The notes beneath the pieces were generated by a model. The model made no database searches and was not told where the DNA came from. It was given only the letters and a program-made list of their open reading frames with translations. Below, one piece after another: positions 12,101 to 24,100 of a stretch of 44,693 nucleotides of DNA (position 1 is the stretch's first letter; every line of letters starts with the position of its first letter). The DNA is from Amoebophrya sp. A120. Lineage: Eukaryota > Protista > Dinoflagellata. The DNA lies in NCBI GenBank assembly GCA_905178155.1, contig CAJINV010000026.1:64973-109665 (forward strand), given 5' to 3'. Position numbers and translations under genes: made by a program.

Positions 12101-15100
12101 TGAGTCGTGCCCTGATGGGTAACATAGTTAGAGAGTCTTGCGCTTCTTGGAATACAAATTTTGTCGGGTTTCAGTGCGGTTTGTGGCTCCGGAACTTGTC
12201 ACGCGTAATCCTGTGAGAGTACTAGGCGAGATAAAGTTAAAAGCGCTCTTCTTATGCATCACAGATTTCCATATTCTATTGATTGCAACCTTTGAGATTG
12301 TAAACAACATTTGAGCAGGTCATAGTCAAGAGCACCAGCTTCTTCCCGCCAGTGGGGCATACCCAATTCGTCCTGTCATCGAGGCGCTTCTTGTCGATCG
12401 CGTTCAATGATTTGACGTCGTTGTCCTTCGTCAGCGCAGACACGTCGTAGTGCCTCGTGTCGGCGAATTTTTTCAGGTACTTTTCCTCCTTATCGTCCAG
12501 CGCCGGTTTGTCTGCGGCTCCCGCGGCGTTGTCGTAAAAATCGTCCGGCGAACTCGCGCCGGTATCAAATGCAAATTTGTCTGGGTCTGGAAGAATGCAA
12601 CTTGTGATGCTTGGTTTGGATTCCAAAAAACTCTGGATTGCATGAGCAACAAAGGCAATGTAATTGTTGCTACGCGGAGAGGTGGGCATTTGTCATGCGG
12701 AGTAGGCATCAAGAAGCCCTCAAAAAATCTGTAATGCTAGGGCAGGCATCACAGACATCATGGCTCATGCAAAACGCGCATGACACGTCTCAGAATCCTC
12801 CAGACCCAGACATATTTGCAATGCATAGCCGCCCTGATTCGGCAAAATCTTCGCCGCCGCTGCGGAAGCTTTTGACCATAACTTTTGCCGTTCCTTCTTA
12901 TCGCAAGAAAAAACTGTTTCACTGTGAACTTGTGATGCAGAAAATGGATCGCAGACGTGTGTGTCATGCTACACATGCACGCCAATGGATTTCTAGCTGT
13001 GTTTTCCCTTAGGAACCCCGCATGACAGATTTTCAGTGTCATGCGTAACAAACTTGTGATGCAGATTTTGCAAAATCACCACAGTGAAACAGTTTTTTCG
13101 TGGGATACTTCTTGGCGGACCGGCTTTGCGTGTAGTTGTCCTGGCTGTAGGCCTATGGATTGCAAAAATGTCTGGGTCTGGAAGGTTGGAACTTCTTGGT
13201 TGGTTGGTTGGATAGCGCCTGTCGCCGGTGCAGGTCCCGCCCTCCATCGATTGCGATCCGGAGTAGCCGGAACACAAGGCCCTAGTGGCACAATCGATCG
13301 ACGAAGCCCTTCTTGTGATGCTAAGTTTGGACTCTAAAAAATTCTGTATTGCATGACCAGCAAAAGGAGTCCGGTTTGTGCTACGCGTGGAGGGCATTTG
13401 TCATGCGGAATAGGTATCAGGAAGGCCTCTAAAGATCTGTGATGCTAGGGCTTCCATGACAGACATTCTGTGTCATGCAAAAACACCATAACAAATTTCG
13501 GATTCTTGCAGACCCAGACATTTTTACATTTGATAAGGCCCCGCCTTGCGAAGCCGCGACCAGATCGTCGTTTTCCGGGAGCATGCGCTCGAAGACGCCC
13601 TGTGAGAGTGCACTACTCCCCCTCCCCTTCATTTGTGATGTTGCTCAAACAGCAATACAAGCGTCGGCAAGAATGCAGGTTTTGCATGACAAAGTCACCC
13701 GGGATTGTACTGCTGCTTGAGCTTCCGGAACTTGTCATGCGAAGAGTGCCAAGAGGCAAAGGATAGATTTTGTATTTTGCATGACAAATGAGGGGGAGAT
13801 GGAGAGGTGCACTCTCATACGCCCTGCTCCAGGTACAGGAGAGCCCGCGCGTGGGCCCCGATCCGTTCGGCTGCCTGGACTAAGCTGCCGCGGTTCAAGG
13901 ATTGCAGGATAGTGTTCAGGCGCTTCAAAAGTTTCAGGTTGTTGTTCATGGCGTCGCAGATGATGCGCGGGTTGAGATATCGAGGGGGGAAACTGTGGTC
14001 CCCACAACCTTGTTAACTCGCAAAGAGAAAACTTGGGATGCAAGGGGACGAAGGCGTCGAAACAATCTAAAAAGTGATCGACTTCCTGAAGCGCAAACAG
14101 GATGAGTAACTATTTTTCCAGATCGGTTTTTTCTTGCCGATCTGGAAAATTCAAAAAGTTGCCCACTTCCTGAAGCGCAAACAGGATGAGTAACTCTTTT
14201 TCCAGAGCGGTTTTTTCTTGCCGATCTGGAAAATTCAAAAAGTTGCCGACTTCCTGAAGCGCAAACAGGATGAGTAACTATTTTTCCAGATCGGTTTTTT
14301 CTTGCCGATCTGGAAAATTCAAAAAGTTGCCCACTTCCTGAAGCGCAAACAGGATGAGTAACTCTTTTTCCAGAGCGGTTTTTTCTTGCCGATCTGGAAA
14401 ATTCAAAAAGTTGCCTACTTCCTGAAGCGCAAACAGGATGAGTAACTATTTTTCCAGATCGGTTTTTTCTTGCCGATCTGGAAAATTCAAAAAGTTGCCC
14501 ACTTCCTGAAGCGCAAACAGGATGAGTAACTCTTTTTCCAGAGCGGTTTTTTCTTGCCGATCTGGAAAATTCAAAAAGTTGCCTACTTCCTGAAGCGCAA
14601 ACAGGATGAGTAACTATTTTTCCAGATCGGTTTTTTCTCGCCGATCTGGAAAATTCAAAAAGTTGCCCACTTCCTGAAGCGCAAACAGGATGAGTAACTA
14701 TTTTTCCAGATCGGTTTTATCTTGCCGATCTGGAAAATTCAAAAAGTGGCCCACTTCCTGAAGCGCAAACAGGATTAGTAACTATTTTTCCAGATCGGTT
14801 TTTTCTTGCCGATCTGGAAAATTCAAAAAGTTGCCCACTTCCTGAAGCGCAAACAGGATGAGTAACTATTTTTCCAGATCGGTTTTATCTTGCCGATCTG
14901 GAAAATTCAAAAAGTGGCCCACTTCCTGAAGCGCAAACAGGATTAGTAACTATTTTTCCAGATCGGTTTTTTCTTGCCGATCTGGAAAATTCAAAAAGTT
15001 GCCCACTTCCTGAAGCGCAAACAGGATGAGTAACTATTTTTCAAGAAGTGCTCGATGCACTTCCTGAAGCTGAAAAACTAGCTTTTTTCGACCGGCAAGA

Positions 15101-18100
15101 TATAGCGAGTATCTGTTAGCACTCTTTTTCAAGGTGAGCAAAGCTGTGGGGACATTTTGTTTGCAGGTGATACGATCCACTGTCCGGTAATTCCGTCACG
15201 GTCCATCTCCAGCAGTTTGCTCCGTATTTCCCCTATGCATTGCAAATGCCCCTGAGTCCTCGGGAATAGAAGTTGAACTTATGATGCTGGTGTTGCATTT
15301 CCGTAGAGTCTGTATATTTGCCCAGCCAGAAAAAGCGGCGCCGCCTTTATTGTGCATGCCAAGAGAAAAGTAGAGAAGTTTCATTTTGCAATGCGGGCTA
15401 CCACATATGAGTAGATTGAGGGCAGCTACAGAGCGAAAGAACGGGTCATACTTACAATCTGGGTAGTGCTGCACTGGAATGATGTGTCTGACTCGTCCAC
15501 GACTCAGCGTCACAAGTTCAGTTTCCCGACCCAAACATAGCACTGCACTGTGGATACTCCCCTGAGGCTCCCACGTTTCGGAATCGATGACAAAATTCCC
15601 TTCACAACAAATCATTTCTTGTTCAACTGAAAGACCGTCCAGCCAGGTTATGAACTAGGAGTAGGAAAAAGTTGGAAAAGCAGTTTCCTAGGAGTTGCAG
15701 CTGCATGCATACACGAGACTTCATCTTAACAGTTCATCTCGACCACGTCCACCTCCACGTCCACCCAATCGTACTCTACAAAATATGTTGACCGTTTAGC
15801 GTTTAGCCCGCGTGCTGCGTCTAACCTAAAAAGGCGCTTTTTATGAAAATTCGCAAATTCGCCAGGCCCGGATACTGCAAAACGCATCGAAAAAAAAAAT
15901 CGCCTCCCCGCCACGTGTGAGGCCCCCATCGGGTGGTCAAAATGGCGAGTGACCTCAAACACCCAGGAATGAAATGGTCCCCCATGATGCATTTAAACAG
16001 AATTCTGCGCACGACACAGACCTGAAAGAAACGACGATCCGGGCAGGTCCCCAAATCGAATGGTAGACGACACAATAGGGCGTGGGCGTGTGAAACGGGC
16101 ATGACAAAGACAAGCTCGTCTTCGTTGCTAGTAAATGCAATAAACTGTGCTTCTTAAAACTGCTTTTTCGTTTTCCATTTTCCAACATAAACGATCGCAG
16201 CAAATCCACGACCTCGAATACCGCCGAGTTCGCTATGACCTGCTCAAGTGCTACAATCTAAAGTGCTGTTACAACGAATAGAATCTTTCTGTATTTTGCT
16301 ATTTGTCTTGCATGAGCAGCATGACAGACACACAGAATGTTTCACTTTTTCGCAATACAAGTTTCGCCGGAATCCCATGCGGTTTGGGACTCCAGAACTT
16401 GTCATGCGTAGTCCACTGAGAGTAGGCCAGATCATCCAGTTTTTGCATCACAAATCTGCATCTCTCTTGTAGCGTTTGAGATTGAAGAAATACCTGAGCA
16501 AGGCATATTCGCTTCCACGTTATCCAGCTCCAACAGCTGTTCCAGCCGTAGCCGCAAATCCTGCAGCGCACTGGTCGCGGACTTCAGGAAGCTTTGTCCT
16601 GACGCTTCCGACTGCAGGTTGTCGCTGGTCGTGGTGTTGGCCGGCTTCAGTTTGTTGTTCACTTTGGAACGGGACGAGGTGAGGATATTACCTCCCGAGA
16701 CATCTCCGAAGGCGCCGGGAACATTGCCCATGCCCGTCAACGGGTTTATGATGCCGCCCGCTGCACCGGAAATCCCCCCGCTCGCCGTGCTGGCGTAATT
16801 CGATAGAGACGGCGTCGCTTTCGCCTTCTGCACGAGGATAATACGCAGTAGAAACGGCGCAAGGTACCTGGCTAACGCCAGGTTGTGCGTTTTGATGACC
16901 GGGTAGCAACCGATGAAAATTTGCGCGGAATGGTAAGTGATAGCCGCGTTGTTGAACAGCGTCTCGTTCTTTTCCTTCGCAAGGATGTTAACCTGGATAA
17001 TCATCCACCCGACGAGTTGCCGGAAGTTGGTGCATTTACTGCTCGTGTACTTCGCAATTTCGTCCTTGCTAAAAGCGTTGGAATTCGTGGTGCCAGGCGT
17101 TTCCAGCGGTTTGTTGTCGAACGGACTTTGCTTTTTCGACTTGTCGTTTCCGAATATGGACCGTACAAAAATTTTTCGCCTAGTCAGTGATTTCCTGGCT
17201 TTGCATCAGAAAATTCCTTGGCGTCGTGCCTTTTATTTGTCTTGTATTGCAGAAACACTAAAGGGGTGGAATCGGAATTCACTAAACGCTAATTAGTTTG
17301 ACTGTGATGCGTTTCTACGCATGACACACATTTTTGTGTTGCACAAGTGCCTATGAGTGCTGACCATGGTGAACTTTTCTTTGTTCTTGGATACCGAATT
17401 TCGGCGTTTTGTTATTCGCGGAAGAGGACGCGGAGGCGGAGTATACAATGCAAAAGTGTCTGGGTCTGGAAGGATGCGATTGCGGGCTTGAACTTGTGAT
17501 GCATGCTTAGATCAGACAAAAATCTGTCATGCTTGGACAGCGAAACGGCCTTCTTTTCCTGTCGCCGAAAGAAGGCGTTTGCCATGCGGATTAGGCATTG
17601 GGAAACCGTTTCAAAACCTGTCATGCTAGGCCTTGCGTGGCACACCTTCTGTGTCAACCAGACACAGCATCGCAAATCTCAGCAATCTTCCAGACCCAAA
17701 CATATTTGCATTTGATACGGAGCTTGGGTTGTCACCATTGCCCGCAGCTTTACTTCCCGTCCTTTTGCTCGCCTTGCTCGCTCCAACAATCTCCTCTTCG
17801 TCGATGACATCCATGGGCCCTTGGAAATCGTATGCATTGCAAATAGGTATCGCACTCGTATAAATGCATGACAAACAAGGCCCACCCGAGCGTGGGGACA
17901 GGGTCCCCACGCTGGGGCCTTGTGCCCGTCCCTAGTGGCGCTAGTGGGGGAAGGGTGTTCGACATCGGGGCAGACAGCGTCCGCCCCTCGCCTCACACCA
18001 GGCGCGCACGTGGTGGCTCAGTGCGCGAAGCACTAGTGGGGGAAGGGTGTTCGGCATCGGGGCGGACAGCGTCCGCCCCTCGCCTCACACCAGGCGCGCG

Positions 18101-21100
18101 CATAGTGGCTTAGTGCGCGAAGCACTAGTGGGGGAAGGCAGGGCGTTCACCCGTCGCGGTCACCTCTCAAGGTCACCTGTCAGGGTCACCCGTCGAGGTA
18201 ACCTGTCGAGGTCACCTGTCGAGGTCACCTGTCGAGGTCGCCTGTCAAGGTCGCCTGTCAAGGTCACCTGTCGCCGGGGGTATGCGTTACCAGAACCCGG
18301 AAGTCAAGCAATGTAAATATTAATTCCCTCAGCATGAGAAATGAAATTTGTATTGCGGATTTACCTTCAGAAAATGAAAAAAACTTGTAATGCATGACTG
18401 CAATTACTACGTCGAGTACGATACTTTTGCACAGGATAAATCGTGCAGCCCTGCAATCACGTCTTCCCCGGGTGGGACCTCCGTGCCCCTCCCGCGCAAT
18501 TGATACGAGCTGGTCAGGAACGGCAGGAGCTGCTTCTTTACATCCTCGCTGAAATTGCCCATAACCCTTTTTTTCAGGTCACTGGGTGGCAAATTTTTGA
18601 AATATTTGTTCCCCGTCGTCGCTATGCAAGGATAATTTCCTGTACTGTGCGTCAGCAGGAGGTCAATCTCAATGCTTATAAATATATAATCCTTACATGA
18701 TATCCCGTTGTAACTAGAAAAAAAAGCACTACAAATTTCGCTCATACGGTAGAGCCAACGAGAGTAAGTACAACTACGATTTTCCATGCAAGGCAAACAC
18801 CATTGGCACATGTGCAGATGAAATTTTCTCTTGGATAGCCGTGTTATTTCTACCGTTCCCCCTGCCACCGGCAGAGGCTTGCAGCTTTTGCTCCCTTTCC
18901 ACCCTCTGCTCATCCACGTGCGCCGCGTTGGTGACATCACGGAGGACCTTCAAGATCTGCTGCGCCGCATAGTGGTACACTTTATCTTTCGCCAAGTTTG
19001 GCGCGATGAAGTCGCGGAGGATCACGATGCAGATTTGCTTCTCGCAGTGCTGCGTGAAAATCCGGTACTGCTCTTCCAGCACCCAGATCCGCTTCGGGTA
19101 CTGGTTCGATTGCGCCATCTCCTGCTGCAGCAGGACGTTGTTGCTGACGAAGGGCAGGCCGCCGCGGTGCCCCAGTTGCTCCTTTGAAAGCCGATTTTTG
19201 ATGCTGTGCGTAACCATCTTTTTCACCTGGTTGTCGTTCATCTTCCGGTTGGTTTCCGTGAACGCAATGCACCGTGGGTCCTCGGACAGGGATTGCGACC
19301 AGAGGATGTTGACCTCCCGCTTCAAAATGTGCTGGTCAAAGTTCGCGCCGTTCGGAATGATTTCCAGCGCGTGAACGGTGTCAGAAGGAAAAAGCGCTGC
19401 CGCTATGTTGAATTTCGAAAACAGGAAAGCCACTGGCCCCGGGCCTGGGTGCGGGTTCTTCCACAGAGGCAGGCGCGCTCGCGCAATCCACACAGCAAAC
19501 GAAGGGGCCCGGCCGCCCAGTCACTCAGACGGGGCCGGGCGGCCTCGTCGCGACGGACTCTGATCAGAGTCCAGCAAGATGCTAGCTTGGGGCCTCTCCA
19601 AGATCAGAAGCCACCCCCAAAACGCCGCAGAGCTTTGTCGAGTTTTTGCAGCGTTGGAAAAAATCACCAGAGGGGGTTTTGTGTGATTTGCAACCCGCAA
19701 AAGCTTCGCGCGGAAGCGCCCAAAACCCAGCCGAGCCCCGGAGAGCATCGAAAAGGAATTTCCGAAGTCGAGCCGGCCAGCTTTTTTGTCGAGTTTTTGC
19801 AGCGTTGGAAAAATCATCAGAGGGGGTTTTGTGTGATTTGCAACCCGCAAAAGCTTCGCGCGGAAGCGCCCAAAACCTAGCCGAACCCCGGAGAGCCTCC
19901 AAAGGAATTTCCGGAGTCGAGCCGGGCAGCTTTTTTGTCGAGTTTCTGCAGCGTTGGAAAAATCATCAGAGGGGGTTTTGTGTGATTTGCAACCCGCAAA
20001 AGCTTCGCGCGGAAGCGCCCAAAACCTAGCCGAACCCCGGAGAGCCTCCAAAGGAATTTCCGGAGTCGAGCCGGGCAGCTTTTTTGTCGAGTTTCTGCAG
20101 CGTTGGAAAAATCATCAGAGGGGGTTTTGTGTGATTTGCAACCCGCAAAAGCTTCGCGCGGAAGCGCCCAAAACCTAGCCGAACCCCGGAGAGCCTCCAA
20201 AGGAATTTCCGGAGTCGAGCCGGGCAGCTTTTTTGTCGAGTTTCTGCAGCGTTGGAAAAATCATCAGAGGGGGTTTTGTGTGATTTGCAACCCGCAAAAG
20301 CTTCGCGCGGAAGCGCCCAAAACCTAGCCGAACCCCGGAGAGCCTCCAAAGGAATTTCCGGAGTCGAGCCGGGCAGCTTTTTTGTCGAGTTTCTGCAGCG
20401 TTGGAAAAATCATCAGAGGGGGTTTTGTGTGATTTGCAACCCGCAAAAGCTTCGCGCGGAAGCGCCCAAAACCTAGCCGAACCCCGGAGAGCCTCCAAAG
20501 GAATTTCCGGAGTCGAGCCGGGCAGCTTTTTTGTCGAGTTTCTGCAGCGTTGGAAAAATCATCAGAGGGGGTTTTGTGTGATTTGCAACCCGCAAAAGCT
20601 TCGCGCGGAAGCGCCCAAAACCTAGCCGAACCCCGGAGAGCCTCCAAAGGAATTTCCGGAGTCGAGCCGGGCAGCTTTTTTGTCGAGTTTCTGCAGCGTT
20701 GGAAAAATCATCAGAGGGGGTTTTGTGTGATTTGCAACCCGCAAAAGCTTCGCGCGGAAGCGCCCAAAACCTAGCCGAACCCCGGAGAGCCTCCAAAGGA
20801 ATTTCCGGAGTCGAGCCGGGCAGCTTTTTTGTCGAGTTTCTGCAGCGTTGGAAAAATCATCAGAGGGGGTTTTGTGTGATTTGCAACCCGCAAAAGCTTC
20901 GCGCGGAAGCGCCCAAAACCTAGCCGAACCCCGGAGAGCCTCCAAAGGAATTTCCGGAGTCGAGCCGGGCAGCTTTTTTGTCGAGTTTCTGCAGCGTTGG
21001 AAAAATCATCAGAGGGGGTTTTGTGTGATTTGCAACCCGCAAAAGCTTCGCGCGGAAGCGCCCAAAACCTAGCCGAACCCCGGAGAGCCTCCAAAGGAAT

Positions 21101-24100
21101 TTCCGGAGTCGAGCCGGGCAGCTTTTTTGTCGAGTTTCTGCAGCGTTGGAAAAATCATCAGAGGGGGTTTTGTGTGATTTGCAACCCGCAAAAGCTTCGC
21201 GCGGAAGCGCCCAAAACCTAGCCGAACCCCGGAGAGCCTCCAAAGGAATTTCCGGAGTCGAGCCGGGCAGCTTTTTTGTCGAGTTTCTGCAGCGTTGGAA
21301 AAATCATCAGAGGGGGTTTTGTGTGATTTGCAACCCGCAAAAGCTTCGCGCGGAAGCGCCCAAAACCTAGCCGAACCCCGGAGAGCCTCCAAAGGAATTT
21401 CCGGAGTCGAGCCGGGCAGCTTTTTTGTCGAGTTTCTGCAGCGTTGGAAAAATCATCAGAGGGGGTTTTGTGTGATTTGCAACCCGCAAAAGCTTCGCGC
21501 GGAAGCGCCCAAAACCTAGCCGAACCCCGGAGAGCCTCCAAAGGAATTTCCGGAGTCGAGCCGGGCAGCTTTTTTGTCGAGTTTCTGCAGCGTTGGAAAA
21601 ATCATCAGAGGGGGTTTTGTGTGATTTGCAACCCGCAAAAGCTTCGCGCGGAAGCGCCCAAAACCTAGCCGAACCCCGGAGAGCCTCCAAAGGAATTTCC
21701 GGAGTCGAGCCGGGCAGCTTTTTTGTCGAGTTTCTGCAGCGTTGGAAAAATCATCAGAGGGGGTTTTGTGTGATTTGCAACCCGCAAAAGCTTCGCGCGG
21801 AAGCGCCCAAAACCTAGCCGAACCCCGGAGAGCCTCCAAAGGAATTTCCGGAGTCGAGCCGGGCAGCTTTTTTGTCGAGTTTCTGCAGCGTTGGAAAAAT
21901 CATCAGAGGGGGTTTTGTGTGATTTGCAACCCGCAAAAGCTTCGCGCGGAAACCCCAAAACCTAGCCGAACCCCGGAGAGCCTCCAAAGGAATTTCCGGA
22001 GTCGAGCCGGGCAGCTTTTTTGTCGAGTTTCTGCAGCGTTGGAAAAATCATCAGAGGGGGTGTCGTGTGATTTGCAAACCGCAAAAGCTTCGCGCGGGAG
22101 CGCCCAAAACCTAGCCGAACCCCGGAGAACCTCAAAAGGGGTCTCCGGAGTCGAACCGGGCGGCTTTTTTGTCGAATTTTTGCTGCGTCCCTTGCGTCCC
22201 CCTCTGATACATACTGTGATATATAATCAAGCCGATCCGGGCCGGCCCACGGAGAACCTCGGGTCTCTCGATAAAAAATGCAGAAGTGAAAAGATGGCAC
22301 TAGCTTTTTCCTTCTGATAGATACTCCTGGAGGCCTTCAAATTCGCGAGGCTTTGCGCCGACGGCTGGTGCTGCATCCCGGGTACGTCCGCTGCCTGGTT
22401 CGCAGCAAGAGTCGTAGAGGCAGCGGCGTCTTTCTGCGCCGCTAGTGCGGTCGCATTCCCTGCAGCGGCGGGGACTTGCTGCACGATCTGCAGTTGCTGG
22501 GACCGCTCAAACTCCACCACCGTCTGCAAGTCCATGGCACCGACCAAACCGAAAACGCTGGCGCACAGCACTTGGTCCTGCATCTCCCGCTTCGTGCAGA
22601 AGTGCTGCTGTTGCTGCGTGATACCAGTCGATACGTTTTTCGCCGCGCCCGTGGTCGCAAGTGCTGTGGTGCTGGCGTCCTCCGCCGCGGTGAATTCGTT
22701 TCCGTCTGGCTCGTCTTGAATCGAGTCTTCCTGGTTCGCGCCGGCGCCAGAGCTTGCAGAAGAACTTCCAACACTTCCGCTGCCGACCGACCGTACTAAA
22801 GTCGTGTATCAAATGCAAATATGTCTGGGCCTGGAAGAATGCGAGATCTGTCATGCTAGTCTGTCACGACTCGTTAAATCTGTCATGCACGTTACCCAAG
22901 AGCCCCATTTTGCTGCCATGCAGAAACGCAGGCTGTCATGCAGAATAGGCAACACCTAGAAGCTCGAAAGCTTGTCATGCTGAGCCAGCACTTGTGGCCT
23001 CTTCATGATACGCCACCCAGCATCACAAGTTTCCAGACCCAGACATTTTTACAATCCATATCGTGGAAATCTTCACCATCAAACGCAGCATGTTCTGCAC
23101 CGCCGCCGGGTGTCTGTCTTTAAACATTTCGCATCAACTGCAAAAAGGTCTGGGTCTGGGAGATTGCGAGATTTGTCGTGCTAGCCTGGCATGTCGACTC
23201 GGAGCTCTGTATTGCTGTCATGCAAAAACGCAGTTTCTCATGCGGAGTACTCAACTCAGACCCACGGCAAACCTTATCATGCTGGGCAGCGCATTACAGT
23301 GCTTTTGCGATTCCCTCCTTTGCATCACAAGTTTCCAGACATCCAGGGATATTTGCAATCCATATTTCGAACAGGTCGACAATTTTGCCGTCACTCGTCT
23401 GCAAAATCAGCCGCTGGTCCAAATCCAGCAAGTTCCGGACTCGCTGCAGTGCCGCCGCGGTCCCGTGCTGCGGGTATCCTCAGGAAAAACGTCCCCACCC
23501 CAGAGTTGTCATGTTGGGAAGCTAAGGGCTGGGCGTCCCTGTCGTTCTCTAAACCTTAAAACGGTAGCCACGCAGATTTGCAATGACAAGGACATTTGTG
23601 ATGCGCATATTCATGGTAGACATTTCCAATCGTGTTTTGGAATTTGTGATGCTGTGAAAAGGATAAGCACATGGATCTGTGATGCGACTGCACTTGCTAG
23701 CCTGCACTACACTACGGAATGCAACTTGTCATGCGTGACTTACAAGACTCCTAGGTTTGTGTTGCAAAGTCCCCATCTTGACTATGGGGTGGGGACGTTT
23801 TTACACAGGATAGCGGGCTCTCGAGGTTCTCGATCACGTGCAGCATCTTCTGCTCGTAATATCCGGAGAAAAAACATCGTCCCTTGCAATTTTACATGAA
23901 CACTTGCAATTGCTTATGTGCATCCCGCCCACGAGAGGCATTTGCAATCCTCGCGTTTGGGCATTTGCAAAGAGGATATAGGAGATGGCTTCGTGATAGT
24001 GATACGACTGCCCTTTATAACGCGCACTACATCAATACAGAGCCGAACTTGTCATGTATGATTCCCAAAACTGTTCTAGATTTGTGTTGCAGAGTTCCCA

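Noticed and set aside
17180-17394. Canonical GT-AG intron (TTCG|GTATCC...ACTAG|GCG)
   Set aside because: Phases do not match; the TAT...ATA element 17155-17393 with a perfect CCGAA repeat restores the frame.
23063-23899. Plus-strand ORFs such as 23063..23899, 38814..39308 and 28384..28929
   Set aside because: Antisense shadows of exons or read-through of introner sequence; no recognisable domains.
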